DNA from: an uncultured Phycisphaerales bacterium
Lineage (GTDB): Bacteria; Planctomycetota; Phycisphaerae; Sedimentisphaerales; Anaerobacaceae
DNA length: 64,000 nt
Assembly: GCA_963772725.1 (NCBI GenBank)
Contig: CAVYYI010000002.1
Location: 430,894 to 494,893 of the forward strand
Direction: 5' to 3'
The first letter of the stretch is position 1. Every line of letters begins with the position of its first letter. This document shows, one piece after another, positions 41,745-53,043 of the stretch. The notes below the pieces were generated by a model. That model worked only from the letters and a program-made list of their open reading frames with translations. It was not told where the DNA came from and ran no database searches. The position numbers were made by a program, and so were the translations under genes.

Positions 41745-43772
41745 ATGGCGTTATCTGAAATAATTGCTCCTGTACAAATCAGCGGCACGTCTCTCGATGA
41801 ACTGCTCAGCAAGGAATGGCTGCTTACCAACAATCGAGGCGGCTATGCATCCTCCTCTATTCTCGGCTGCAATACCAGAAGATACCATGGCCTGCTTATC
41901 GGTTCACTCACCCCTCCGGTCAATAGAATAACGGCTCTGTCGAACTGCTTTGAAATGCTGACTCAGAACGGGCAAAACATAAACCTCTCTACGTTCGAGT
42001 TTAACGATGAAGTCCACCCGCAGGGTTTTAAGTATTTAAAATGTTTTCGCCGCGATATTGGCGCTCATTTTGATTACGATACCGGCGGCGTTGAGCTGAC
42101 TAAATCGGTATATCTGCTCAGAGATACCGACACCGTGGCGGTCGTCTATAATTTTATCAATACTAAATCACCGGCAGAATTCATCCTGCGCCCGCTCATA
42201 AGCCTGCGGGATTTTCACTCTCTCCAGAAATCTTACGCACCGCTGCGACTCGAATCCCGTGAAAATTGCCTCGTTATCCGCAACAGCCGTAATGGCGATA
42301 TGGACTGTGAATTGGCGATAACCTGCCCTGCGATGCCCTTCGAAAAAGACCCGCAGTGGTGGTACAATTTCGAATACCGCGTTGACAAAGAAAGAGGCCA
42401 GGAATTTAACGAAGACCTCTGGTCGCCAGGCATTTTCAAACTTATGATAGATTCGCCGACAAAAATTATTCTCTGGGCAAGTATCAGTGAAAACGCAAAT
42501 CTCCGGGAACTTACAAATTACGATATTGACTCGGTCTGTAAAAATCTGGAGCGACATCAAGCCGACATAACCGCAAAAGCCGAAGACGAAAATCTCAGGC
42601 TGCTCTATCTGGCCGCCGACCAGTTCATCACTAAGCGAACTATCGGCACGGAATCGCTAAACAACCCGGCGCCGGCAGAGCGCACCACTATTTTGGCGGG
42701 CTATCCGTGGTTTGCCGACTGGGGCAGAGATACCTTCATATCCCTGCCCGGCCTGCTGCTGTCAACCAAACGATTCGATGAGGCCAAATCCGTCCTCATC
42801 ACCTTCGCCCACGCCGTTGACCAGGGAATGGTTCCAAACAGGTTCGATGACCGCAGCGCCACCGCGTATTTCAACAGCATTGACGCGTCGCTATGGTTTA
42901 TACACGCCGCCTTTGAATATCTAAATACTGCCGGTGATTCCGAAACTTTCATTTGGCAGCTTCTTCCCGTTATCAAAACCATAATGGAATACTACCAGAA
43001 TGGAACCCGCTTCGGCATCCACGCCGACTCCGATGGCCTTATAACCGCCGGAAGCATCGAAACACAGCTCACCTGGATGGATGCCAAGTTCGGCGGTGTG
43101 GCGTTTACCCCGCGATACGGAAAAGCCGTCGAAATCAACGCCCTGTGGTACAACAGCCTCTGCTCGCTCGCCGATTTTTATTCGCCGCACGATGCGACGA
43201 CCGCTCACTATTACAAGATTATGGCCGACAAGGTAAAGACTGGTTTCTGTCAAGCTTTCTGGAATGAAAAAATCGGCTGCCTCAATGACTGTGTGTTTCC
43301 CAACGGCTCGGTCGATGCGAGCCTTCGCCCGAACCAGATTTTCGCCGTTTCGCTGAAACATTCACCGCTGCCGCCCCATCAGCAAAAATCCGTGGTCGAA
43401 ATTGTGCAAAGAGAATTACTTACCCCGTATGGATTACGCACGCTGAACAAAAACAGCAGCCGCTACAAAGCCATATACACCGGCCCGCAACAGTATCGGG
43501 ACGAGGCCTATCATCAGGGTACGGCCTGGCCTTTCCTTATAGGCCCCTTCGTCCAAGCTTATCTAAAAGTAAACAATTTCAGCAAAGAAAGTAAAACTCA
43601 GGGGCGTAAATTCCTCAACCCCCTGCTTCACCATTTGACCAGTGATGGCTGTCTGGCAAGTGTCTCGGAAATATTCGACGCCGACCCGCCCCACAAACCT
43701 CGCGGCTGCTTCGCCCAGGCATGGAGCGTTGCAGAACTGCTCAGAGCATATTACCTCACGGAACAAACGTAA
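41745..43772 (+). CDS. Glycogen debranching enzyme (amylo-alpha-1,6-glucosidase)
   Basis: EWLLTN..GGYA, NTRRYHGLL, AGYPWFADWGRDT, TWMD, RPNQ, YHQGTAWP, QAWSVAE. Confidence 0.92.
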   Translation: MALSEIIAPVQISGTSLDELLSKEWLLTNNRGGYASSSILGCNTRRYHGLLIGSLTPPVNRITALSNCFEMLTQNGQNINLSTFEFNDEVHPQGFKYLKCFRRDIGAHFDYDTGGVELTKSVYLLRDTDTVAVVYNFINTKSPAEFILRPLISLRDFHSLQKSYAPLRLESRENCLVIRNSRNGDMDCELAITCPAMPFEKDPQWWYNFEYRVDKERGQEFNEDLWSPGIFKLMIDSPTKIILWASISENANLRELTNYDIDSVCKNLERHQADITAKAEDENLRLLYLAADQFITKRTIGTESLNNPAPAERTTILAGYPWFADWGRDTFISLPGLLLSTKRFDEAKSVLITFAHAVDQGMVPNRFDDRSATAYFNSIDASLWFIHAAFEYLNTAGDSETFIWQLLPVIKTIMEYYQNGTRFGIHADSDGLITAGSIETQLTWMDAKFGGVAFTPRYGKAVEINALWYNSLCSLADFYSPHDATTAHYYKIMADKVKTGFCQAFWNEKIGCLNDCVFPNGSVDASLRPNQIFAVSLKHSPLPPHQQKSVVEIVQRELLTPYGLRTLNKNSSRYKAIYTGPQQYRDEAYHQGTAWPFLIGPFVQAYLKVNNFSKESKTQGRKFLNPLLHHLTSDGCLASVSEIFDADPPHKPRGCFAQAWSVAELLRAYYLTEQT

Positions 43773-43783
43773 ATTTTTGTGTT

Positions 43784-44575
43784 TTAGCCGTAATATGAGC
43801 AGCAGGTTTTGTCCGTTTCCCATACGGTTATGCTGTGCAACGGGGTTTTGTGAAATTTATGCGAGAGTTGCTCCCATGCGTAAATGGCGATGTTTTCCAC
43901 GGTCGGATTTGTTTTTGCGAAATAAGGCACGTCGGCGTTTAGATTTTTATGGTCAATGAGCTTTATGAGGTTATCATCAACGACCTTTTCGAACTCGCCG
44001 ACGAGTAAATCGCCGCCGGGAAACTTCACGGTAACCTCGATAATATAATTATGCCCGTGGCCCGATGGATTGGCGCACTTGCCAAAAACATCGAAATTCC
44101 ACTGAGAGGCAAATTCCTCGTTCCACAGCTTGTGCATCGCTGCAAATTCAAACTTTTCGCTAAAGTAAATCATTTTTTTATCCTCGCAATCAATCGCCAG
44201 TTTCCTGTAAGGATTCAGTTTCAGGCTGATTTCGCTCATTACAGCTTTACCGAACTTGCCGGCCAGTTGGTCTTTGGCCTGCCTTAAAAGTTCAGCTATT
44301 TCCGCATAACCGATATGGCTGGCCCGCCGGTAATAAGTCCTGACGGTTTCAGCGAATATCGGCACGACATATTGCCGCACCTGCTCATCGATATCAAGCA
44401 CGTTAATCACAAATCCGCTGTCTTTGTCAACTCCGCCGACAAGGGCAATACCGATTTCCAAAAAAATCGCCAGCCCCTCTCCCGCGGGCTTCGACGCGAA
44501 AGCGTTTTCGCCGTCAATATCCTGCGGCAAAAATGGATTTATCGAAAACCGCACCTGTCTTGTCAGTTTATGCAT
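43784..44575 (-). CDS. Tandem-domain 6-pyruvoyl/6-carboxy-tetrahydropterin synthase (QueD/PTPS family)
   Basis: C-terminal domain FAAMH..KC....HGHNY..DHKNLN..PTVENIA; degenerate N-terminal T-fold. Confidence 0.8.
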   Translation of the reverse strand: MHKLTRQVRFSINPFLPQDIDGENAFASKPAGEGLAIFLEIGIALVGGVDKDSGFVINVLDIDEQVRQYVVPIFAETVRTYYRRASHIGYAEIAELLRQAKDQLAGKFGKAVMSEISLKLNPYRKLAIDCEDKKMIYFSEKFEFAAMHKLWNEEFASQWNFDVFGKCANPSGHGHNYIIEVTVKFPGGDLLVGEFEKVVDDNLIKLIDHKNLNADVPYFAKTNPTVENIAIYAWEQLSHKFHKTPLHSITVWETDKTCCSYYG

Positions 44576-44626
44576 AACCAACTCAAAACTAAAAACTTAA
44601 AATTCAAAACTATTGTCTTTTGTTTG

Positions 44627-45127
44627 TCAGGATTTTTCAAGAAGTTTTACTAAAACCTGAGCGACCTGTTCAGCCGCTATGATAACTTCTTTCGAGGGCG
44701 AGGCACCTACTGCGAGGGTTTTGGGCTGAATACCGATAATGACAGCCTTATATTTTAGGAATTGAGAAAGGTAATCGGTCATAACTTTCGCTGGCAGGCT
44801 GTGCGTACAGAATGTAACGCCGCCGATGTCATCTGGATTTATCACTGTGATTTGCCCCGGACTGCCGCCAAATTCGGCGGAATCGATAATTACCAGATGG
44901 GTCGGCTGGAGTCTTTTTATTTCGCCGGTAAGATTTTCAGGCGCGGTTTCCCCGATAAGAACATTAACCTGTACTGCTGCTGGTTTTTTAGCGATTATTT
45001 TTTCGATATGTCCAGCGGCAAGAATACCTGCGATATCATCGCCGCGAAGTTCCGAACCTACACCGAGAATGACAACGCGGGAGGCATTTTCAAGCTTTTG
45101 TTTGAGTACCGACGAGAGGCTCTGCAC
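44627..45127 (-). CDS. hycI: Hydrogenase maturation endopeptidase
   Basis: GVGSELRGDD, ETAPEN, IIDSA, CTH, IGIQP. Confidence 0.9.
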   Translation of the reverse strand: MQSLSSVLKQKLENASRVVILGVGSELRGDDIAGILAAGHIEKIIAKKPAAVQVNVLIGETAPENLTGEIKRLQPTHLVIIDSAEFGGSPGQITVINPDDIGGVTFCTHSLPAKVMTDYLSQFLKYKAVIIGIQPKTLAVGASPSKEVIIAAEQVAQVLVKLLEKS

Positions 45128-45473
45128 TAAGAACCACCTTTAATTTTTCATGTTTGAGATTAGCCAGCTCGAATTGTTTGGTAGATTCGAGCGCCTTTTT
45201 AGGACACGAATCAACGCATTGAGCACAATAAATACATTTCGCAAGGTCGATTTCGCACTCGATTTTCCCTTCGCTTGTTTTTGTGATTGTGATGGCGTTC
45301 GACGGGCAGTCTCTCATGCACAGCTTGCAGCCTATACATTTTTCAGGATAGAATTTCAGCTTGCCGCGAAACTTGTCCGGCATTTCGACTTTTATAAACG
45401 GATATGGAATAGTCGCAGGCTTTTTGAACAAAGACTGCAGAACCTGTATAATCATTTTTCCGGGTCTTATCAT
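45090..45473 (-). CDS. Hydrogenase 2[4Fe-4S] subunit (NuoI/EchF-like)
   Basis: PAT..YPF, CIGCKLCMRDCP, CIYCAQCVDSCP. Confidence 0.9.
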   Translation of the reverse strand: MIRPGKMIIQVLQSLFKKPATIPYPFIKVEMPDKFRGKLKFYPEKCIGCKLCMRDCPSNAITITKTSEGKIECEIDLAKCIYCAQCVDSCPKKALESTKQFELANLKHEKLKVVLSAEPLVGTQTKA

Positions 45474-46422
45474 TATATTTTTATTCCTTTTAGAGCAAGG
45501 TCGGCCAGAAGCTGCAGAAATGCCAGCGGAGCGACATATTTCCAGCAGAAATTAACCATCTGGTCTATGCGCAGCCGGGCGAATATAGTTCTAAGCACCG
45601 ACAACAGCGCAACTATAAACAATACCTTGACTATATAAAAGACAAATCCCGCCGCCGGGCCAAATTGCATTCCGAACGGCAGAAATACTGCCGCCAGAAG
45701 CGAGGCGGCTACAATTAGTTCCATATCAATCGCGAGTCTGAAAATCGCCAGCAGTTTTCCGCTGTATTCGGTAAACGCCCCCGCGACAATTTCCGTTTCC
45801 GCCTCGGGAATATCGAAGGGGACTTTTTCGAGTTTGCCGAGAAGAGAGACCAGTGCAATCGCAAAACCAAATACGTTGAATAACGCGTATAAGGGGTGCT
45901 GACTGTAGAAGACAGATATTTCGACTAATCGACCACGTATCGGCCAGCATCGCTGGGGCAAGTATGCTCAGAAACAGCGGAATCTCGTACGCGAAAAACT
46001 GCGTAATTGCCCGTGTTGCGCCGATTCATTGAAAAGACGCTGCGGGAATACCACCCGCCGAGGAAAAACGTCAGGGTAGGAATCGTGAGCAGATAGAGGA
46101 CAACAATGAGGTCGCCGTAAAATGACGACAGTGCCTGTGGCCGCCAAATCGGGATATAGAAAAAGGCCGCCAGCGTCGATGTAACAGCGATAACGGGCAT
46201 AAGCTTGAATATGACCTCATCAGCCCCCGTGGGAATTATGGTTTCCTTCGCGATAAGTTTTATGAAATCGGCAAAAGGCTGAAACCACGGCGGGCCCATC
46301 CTGTTCTGCAGTTTCGCATAGAGTTTTCGGTCGACATATTCCGCCATCAGGCCGAAAACGCCTACAAACAAAAAACCCGGGAATATTAAAATATTAAAGA
46401 TATACAAAATCGTATCAGCCAT
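45473..46422 (-). CDS. Hydrogenase membrane anchor (NuoH/EchB-like), apparent frameshifts
   Basis: DRKLYAKLQNRMGP..QPFADFIKL..KE; PFDIPEAETEIVAG..TEYSG; ARLRIDQ. Confidence 0.88.
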
Positions 46423-47654
46423 TATTTTAATTCTTTCGAAAGTTTTTTATTCAAATCCGCAAAATTAATACCCTGTCCGCGATACCACTCGATGCCGTAA
46501 TTTCGCAGATGAGTCCAGCTTCATAATATCGGCGCAGAGTTATCGGCGTTTCTAACGGTTATCGCACGGTCGGTGCAGGAGAAACACGGGTCAATCGCCG
46601 CGATTACGATAGGCATATCGGCAAGGTACCTGTCTTTCGAGCATCTTCGCGACGACCTGAACATTGGCCAGTGTCGGCGCACGGACTTTTACTCTTTCGG
46701 GCTTTTCAGTGCCGTTTGCTTTGACGTAGTGGACATCCTCGCCCCGGGGGGCTTCATAGCGGCTGAACGCCTCACCGGCAGGAATCTTGCGGGGCGCCTT
46801 GACAGCTATCGGGCCGTCAGGCAACTGCCTGAGAATCTGCCGAATCATTTGATACGACTCCATAAGTTCGCCGACCCGTACCAGAGTCCTGCCGTAAACG
46901 TCGTTGTGATTATCCGTAATTACCTTAAATGAAAGCTCGCCGTATGCAGCATAAGGGTCATCTCGCCTGATGTCCCTGTCAACGCCTGAAGCGCGGGCGG
47001 TCGGGCCGACTGCGCCAAGCCTGATGGCATCATCTCTGGATAAAACACCGACACCGGAAAGCCGCTCAATTAATGTTTCCTCAGTTGTGGCGACCTGAAT
47101 GTAATATTTGGTTCGCTCTTCGAGGGTATCAACCGCCGTCAGAATCTGCTGTATCTGTTCAGGGGTTATATCCCGCCTGACGCCGCCGATGGTATTCATC
47201 CCGTAGTTGACGCGGTTGCCGGTAAGAAGAGCCAGTATATCCATAACAACTTCGCGGTCTCGCCAGGTATACATAAGGAGAGTATCGAAACCTATTTCGT
47301 GTCCCGCCACACCAAGCCACAGCAGATGACTGTGAACTCTCTCAAGTTCAGCTACTAAAGTGCGGATATAAAGAGCCCGCTTTGGGACCTCCAGACCGGC
47401 GATTTCCTCTACCGCCTGGATAAAGCAGGTGGAATGTGAATGCGAGCAAATACCGCAGACGCGCTCGATAAGATAAATATCCTGGATGTAGGTGCGTTCC
47501 TCGCAGGCCTTTTCGATGCCGCGGTGATTGTATCCGAGCCTGACATTCATAGCGGCAATTTTTTCGCCTTTAATATGACATTGAAACTCTCCGGTTCCTT
47601 TAACGCCGGGTGCTGAGGCCCTATCGTAATTTTAAAATTTTTCGAATCAGGCAT
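46422..47654 (-). CDS. Group 4 [NiFe]-hydrogenase large subunit, apparent frameshifts
   Basis: GPQHP, GYNHRGIEK, L1 ERVCGICSHSH, EAPRGE, L2 AIDPCFSCTDR (read by hand at 46570-46600) plus C-terminal extension. Confidence 0.9.
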
Positions 47655-47671
47655 TTTCACTTACCTCCTTC

Positions 47672-48125
47672 TTATCTGGTATTTTCAGGTTTCCAATCCT
47701 TGCGGAGAGGATACTGACCTGCGGGCCAGTCGTCCGGCAAAGGGTACCTGTTTCCGGGGGGCAGGCCTTCTACCTGTACACCAAGCAAATCAACAAGTTC
47801 CCTTTCGTAAGCATCGGCTGCCGGAAAATACGGCGTTATAGTTTTCAGCTACAGGTTTTTCCTTTGGTACATTTGTATGCAAATTAAGAACTATTCCGTC
47901 TGTCCTGGCAATATGATAAATAAATCCGAGAGTCGGGCCTTCATCAAGACCTGTAATAGTCGTCAAAATCTCGAACCCAGCTCTTTCACCGCATAATCAA
48001 AAACCTCGGCAAAATTAGCCATCGGCACATCAGCAACCAGCCGCCTTACCCTCTGAACTCTTACCTTGTCGTTTAAATAACCGAATTTTTCGACAACTGC
48101 TTTTAATATTTTCTTCTTCTATCAT
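47672..48125 (-). CDS. NuoC/EchD-like subunit, apparent frameshifts
   Basis: Read by hand: ITPYFPAADAYERELVDLLG..LPDDWPAGQYPLRKDW. Confidence 0.8.
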
Positions 48126-48159
48126 AAATTCAAAACTCAAAACTTAAAACTATTTTCTC

Positions 48160-48588
48160 TTACTCCAAACTCGTAAGCAGTTTGACAACTCCGTCGATAA
48201 TAGCCTTCGGGCTTGCGGGACAGCCCGGAATATAAACCGAAACAGGTATTACCGTATCAATGCCACCTTCCACATTATAGCAGCCGTTAAAGACTCCGCC
48301 AGAACAGGCACAGGTCCCGACCGCGACGACAAATTTCGGTTCTGGCATCTGCTCATAGATTCTTATCAGCCTGTCTTTTATCTGGTGAGTAACAGGCCCC
48401 GAACAAACCAGCACATCGGCATGCCGCGGCGTGCCTTTCAACTGAATGCCGAATCTCTCCACATCATAACGCGGAGTCAGCGAAGCTATAATCTCAATAT
48501 CGCAGGCATTGCAAGCGCCGGTATTGAAATGCAGTATCCACGGCGACTTGATTCTTGCCCACGTAACTATTTTCTTAACCAAAGCCAT
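48160..48588 (-). CDS. Group 4 hydrogenase small subunit (NuoB/EchC-like)
   Basis: GACNACDIE, PRHAD, VGTCACSGG, PGCP. Confidence 0.92.
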   Translation of the reverse strand: MALVKKIVTWARIKSPWILHFNTGACNACDIEIIASLTPRYDVERFGIQLKGTPRHADVLVCSGPVTHQIKDRLIRIYEQMPEPKFVVAVGTCACSGGVFNGCYNVEGGIDTVIPVSVYIPGCPASPKAIIDGVVKLLTSLE

Positions 48589-48594
48589 AACGGC

Positions 48595-48937
48595 TTACCT
48601 CCTGTACAAAACCAACAATCCGATAATCGCTCCCAAGATATAAACTATCCGCGATGTACATCGTCCCGGCTGTAGCCGCCGGTACCGTGGCCATCATAAG
48701 GGCCACCACGTGTAATATTGTAAAATAAAACGCGAACGGGAAAAACTGGCTGTAATCAGGCTGGATCATGTGGTCCGGAATATCCTCGCCGCATGAATAC
48801 GGCATAGCCTGCCCCTTGGGCCTGTCTTTAGGCTGAAATGCCAGCTTCGACAGCAATCGCGAACCAACCAATGCCGCAAGCAATATTATTATGAATATGA
48901 CCGGAGGCGAAAGTATCAAAACATTTATCATTTGCAT
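48595..48937 (-). CDS. NuoA-like membrane subunit (frameshift near C-terminus)
   Basis: TM, PYSCGE loop, FPFAFYFTILHV; third TM IVYILGAIIGLLVL in the shifted frame. Confidence 0.75.
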
Positions 48938-49257
48938 CAACCCTTAATATTTCTAAGTAGCCTGGCGTTAACAGATTTATTATATCTGAACACACACAAA
49001 ATAACACCCACTGCCACGGCGATAACCACGACCTCTATAATGATAAGCGTTATCGCCATCGCCTGTGCCAGCGCGGTTTTGCCGGTAACATATCCCGCCA
49101 GCATGATAAAAAGCGTCACCGCCTTTGTAAGAAGCTCCAGGCCTATCAGCGCTCTTATAAGATTAAAAGTCACCAGCAGGCAGTAAATACCGGCGATAAG
49201 AACCAGGATAATCCCTATACTGAAAATCCAGAATAACTGCGACATATCACTTGTCAT
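48937..49257 (-). CDS. NuoK/MnhC-like membrane subunit
   Basis: NLIRALIGLELL, IIIEVVV; three TM helices. Confidence 0.82.
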   Translation of the reverse strand: MTSDMSQLFWIFSIGIILVLIAGIYCLLVTFNLIRALIGLELLTKAVTLFIMLAGYVTGKTALAQAMAITLIIIEVVVIAVAVGVILCVFRYNKSVNARLLRNIKG

Positions 49258-49744
49258 TTTTCCATCCTTTAAACAATACCGCAACGCCAAACGCTCCCGC
49301 CAGCAGAATAACTATTTGCCCCGCCAGGTCTAAGTGCCTCAAATTCCATAATACTATACGAACATCACTTTCTGTTGGTTGCACAGGCGGATTAAAATTA
49401 AAATGCGGGTAAATTATGAATAAGACAATAGCCGCCAGAACAATAATTATAGGCAGAGGCCAGAATTTATGAAAATGTTCTTTTTGCCTGGCTGCACGGT
49501 CATCCGGTGTCAGCCGCCGCATCAGGCTAAGAATGCTGATAAATATCGCCGATATCAAACCCGCGCAAACAGACAGCTCAAACACCGCGGCCAGGGGCGA
49601 ACTGAGCCTGAACATAAGTATAGTCAGTATCACGCTGGTAAGAGCCAGCCCTACCGCCGAGCGTGGCAGCCTGGTTGTCATAACCGTCCAGACAGAGGCC
49701 GCTACCAGCAGTATGATGAGAATCACATTTAAATTCATATCCAT
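49247..49744 (-). CDS. NuoJ-like membrane subunit
   Basis: Five TM helices, AAVFELSVCAG. Confidence 0.75.
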   Translation of the reverse strand: MDMNLNVILIILLVAASVWTVMTTRLPRSAVGLALTSVILTILMFRLSSPLAAVFELSVCAGLISAIFISILSLMRRLTPDDRAARQKEHFHKFWPLPIIIVLAAIVLFIIYPHFNFNPPVQPTESDVRIVLWNLRHLDLAGQIVILLAGAFGVAVLFKGWKNDK

Positions 49745-49762
49745 TTCTATTACTTACCTTAT

Positions 49763-51187
49763 TTATTTAAGAAAGTCGATGATGGGCATTATGACACTAT
49801 TGAACATAAACGGGAAGCATACGCCGATTCCCACAGTTATGGCCGCGAGTATTATTGCCGGAAAAACAATTCCCGCGCCGGCTTCACGCACGCCCTGAAG
49901 CTTATCCGACAATATTCCGAAGAACACCTTTCGCTGCATCGAAAGCAGATACGCCAGCGTAATAACGCTCGCCAGTATCGCGATAAAAGCATAAACATAC
50001 TGAGCGTTTTGCCACAGGGCAACAACGATAATCAGTTTGCTCCAGAAACCGGACAAAGGCGGAACGCCCGCGGTGGAAAGAAACGCAATCAGTGAAGTTA
50101 CATTTGTACACGGCATCTTTGCCCCAAGGCCGCCAAGTTCATTCATATCGGTTGTGCCGGTTTGCTGTTCAACCGCCGCTGAGTTTACAAACAGCAGGCT
50201 CTTGAAAATAGAATGATTGAACAGATGAAAGACCGCACCGATGATAGCCAGGTCCGTTCCGCAACCCAAAGCCAGAATAATATAGCCAACCTGGCTGATA
50301 CTCGAATAGGCGAGCATCTTTTTGAAGTCGCTCTGCCCCATTGCCGCCAATGCCCCTATAACGATTGAAACTGCGCCGGCAATCATGAGAATCTGGTCCA
50401 GTGAATTATTATGCCCGAATACCGAAGTTACCAGTCTTATAAGCGCGTAAATTCCTGAAACCTTTGTTACAATTCCCGCCAAAAGTACAGATACGCCCGC
50501 CGGTGCTGCGGAATACGCCGCGGGCAGCCAGCCGTGAAACGGCACAAGGCCGCCTTTTATAAACAGTCCGCACACAAAAAGACCAACCGCAAATAAAACC
50601 AGTCCGCTGTTTGCGGAATCCTTAATCGCTACGCTGACATCCTGGTAGGAAGTTGAGCCTGCTACCAGCAGCAGCATCGCTATCGCTGAAAGCATCATAA
50701 TCGTCGCCACCGCCGAAAGGATTAAATATTTGAAGGAGCCTTCTAAAGCGTTCAAATCCCGCTTAAGAGCGATAAGGATAAAGGAAGAAATCGCTGTGAC
50801 CTCGAGAAATACATAGAGCGAAAACAGGTCGGTAAGCAGCACTGTGCCGTTCATTCCTATCAGCGACACCAGGACAAGGTTCATAAAATTGAACCGCTGT
50901 TTAATATTGCTGATTGTCTGCCACCCGACAAGAACCGCCGAGAATACCACGATGCCGATTGAAACAAGCAGGACGTAACTAAGATTATCGAAGTTGAGTG
51001 TAGCCGCGAAAAAATGAGCCATCGAACTCGGTTCAAGCGAGATTTTACCGGCGGCATGAAGAAAAACGCCAGCTATCTGCGCTATGGGCAGAAGAACCGC
51101 CAGCCACAATGCCGTTTTCTGCATTATGTTCTTAAAAGGCAGATTCAAAATTATTATGGCCACCAAAGGCACTAATAATAAAAGCAT
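49763..51187 (-). CDS. Antiporter-like subunit (MrpD/NuoM-N family)
   Basis: LYVFLE, KGGLVPFHGWLP, KKMLAYSSISQVGY, GVPPLSGFWSK. Confidence 0.9.
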   Translation of the reverse strand: MLLLLVPLVAIIILNLPFKNIMQKTALWLAVLLPIAQIAGVFLHAAGKISLEPSSMAHFFAATLNFDNLSYVLLVSIGIVVFSAVLVGWQTISNIKQRFNFMNLVLVSLIGMNGTVLLTDLFSLYVFLEVTAISSFILIALKRDLNALEGSFKYLILSAVATIMMLSAIAMLLLVAGSTSYQDVSVAIKDSANSGLVLFAVGLFVCGLFIKGGLVPFHGWLPAAYSAAPAGVSVLLAGIVTKVSGIYALIRLVTSVFGHNNSLDQILMIAGAVSIVIGALAAMGQSDFKKMLAYSSISQVGYIILALGCGTDLAIIGAVFHLFNHSIFKSLLFVNSAAVEQQTGTTDMNELGGLGAKMPCTNVTSLIAFLSTAGVPPLSGFWSKLIIVVALWQNAQYVYAFIAILASVITLAYLLSMQRKVFFGILSDKLQGVREAGAGIVFPAIILAAITVGIGVCFPFMFNSVIMPIIDFLK

Positions 51188-51212
51188 ACTATTTCAAGCC
51201 TCTCATTCGATG

Positions 51213-53043
51213 CTAAAGCGACTTCATAAGCATAATTAAAACAAATCCGGCTCCGAACAGTGTCCAGAGGATATACATTGAATAATTGCCGGTATGCACA
51301 CTTTTTATTCTGTCCGCCAAAAGACCTGCGGACCGTACCGATAAATCATCGTACAGCCAGTCAATCGCCCTGTCCACCCACCAGCCTGTCTTCGAGATTA
51401 CATTAACAATCTTCAAGCCGATATCATAAGGGTCGAAGGCTCTTTTTTCAGCGGCGTTATAAATTCCTTCAAGCAAAGGGGCATGGCGAATGTGGTCGCT
51501 GGCCTTATAGCCGCCGCCCATTATTTTCGCCGCGAACAAATGATGAATAAGAGCGCCAAGCAGCACAATCACGGTAATAACTACAAGCATCATATTTTCA
51601 GGATACTCAGATCCCGCAAGTCTTTGTTCGCCGAGTATCGGCTTGATAAAGTTATCCAGCGGCAAAAACGTGTCCAAGACCAAAGATAACGCAAATCGCG
51701 GCGATAACAATCATCGGCACAAGCATCGGCAGCGGAGCTTCTTTAACACCGCGGTTATCGTCACTAAGTTTGCCCAGATAAGCCGCGTGTCCGAGTTTCA
51801 AAAATGAAGCAGCGGTAAAAACGTACCCAGAATCGCTGCCAGATAAAATATCGGACCTCTGTTTAACGCCGCATCATAAACAAATTCTTTGGAGAAAAAA
51901 CCGTTGAAAGGCGGAACGCCGGAGATTGACGCTGCCGCAATCGCGAAACAGAAAAACGTAACCGGCATCTTGATTCCAAGTCCGCCCAATTTTCCAAGTT
52001 CTGTTGTGCCCGCCTGTTTTTCCACCGAACCGCCGGTAAGGAACAGACAGCTCTTATATAATGCATTATTAATCATATGGAACAGGCCGCCTATAATTCC
52101 TATCGGCAGGCACGTCCCGATACCAAGTATCATATAGCCCACCTGACTTATCGCGTGATAGGAAAGCAGCCTTTTGTAATCCTTCTGCACCAGCGCCATC
52201 ATGACAGCCAGCAAAATCGTAGCTGACCCCACTATCATCAGCAGTGTGCTAAGCCACGAGCCTTTATCGAGTTTAAACATATCCAGCGAGATTCTCGCAA
52301 GGAAATAAATGCCGAGCAGTTTTTCGAGAGACGCCGGTAAAAACGCCATAAATGGCAGCGGCGAATCCACCGCCGCATCAGGAATCCAGCTGTGGAACGG
52401 CATGCACCCCGCCTTTGAAATCGCGCCAATCATCATAAGTATAAACGCCAGACTCCCCAGCGACCCAGCCTGCAGACTGATTTGGGATATTGTCATAGTC
52501 CCCGCAAGATGACCTGTAAGGCCGATGCCAATCATCATGCACAAATCGGAAATTCCGACGATGATAAACGCTTTAATCGCTGTTTTGAACGCGTTCTGCC
52601 CGCCGCCTATCGCTATCATTCCAAACACCGTCAAGCAGCAACCCTTCCCAGAAGAAAAACATTAGGACCAGATTATCGGAAAGCACCGCGCCGTTAACCA
52701 TCGCGACAGTTACCAGCAGGTAACAATAGAATTGATTGAGATAGTTTTTATTGTGCATAAATGAGCAGCTATACAGCACAAACAAAAACGCGAAAATTGA
52801 TGTCGCCAGAATCACCGACGCGCTGAAGTGGTATAACCTAAGTGAAAACTCGATTCCCAGCCCTACCCAGGGCAGCGAGAAAGCCATCTCCTGTCTGAAC
52901 AAAAGTATCGACAGTACAAGGACAGAAGCGGTCGCGAGCAGTGAAATAGCCTCTTTAACGCCGCTCAAACGCTTCATCGCAAGAGCCACAATTCCGCAGA
53001 CCAGAGGTATAATTACCGGTAATAAAATTATATTTTCGTTCAT
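51213..53043 (-). CDS. Antiporter-like subunit (NuoL/MrpA family) with C-terminal extension, apparent frameshifts
   Basis: FFFWE, KAGCMPFHSWIP, KRLLSYH, GVPPFNGFFSKE; VDRAID..HTGN amphipathic helix plus terminal TM. Confidence 0.85.

Noticed and set aside
31437..48125. Alternative genetic code or programmed recoding to explain broken genes
   Set aside because: Breaks are frame changes at unrelated sequences, not in-frame stops or shared slippery motifs
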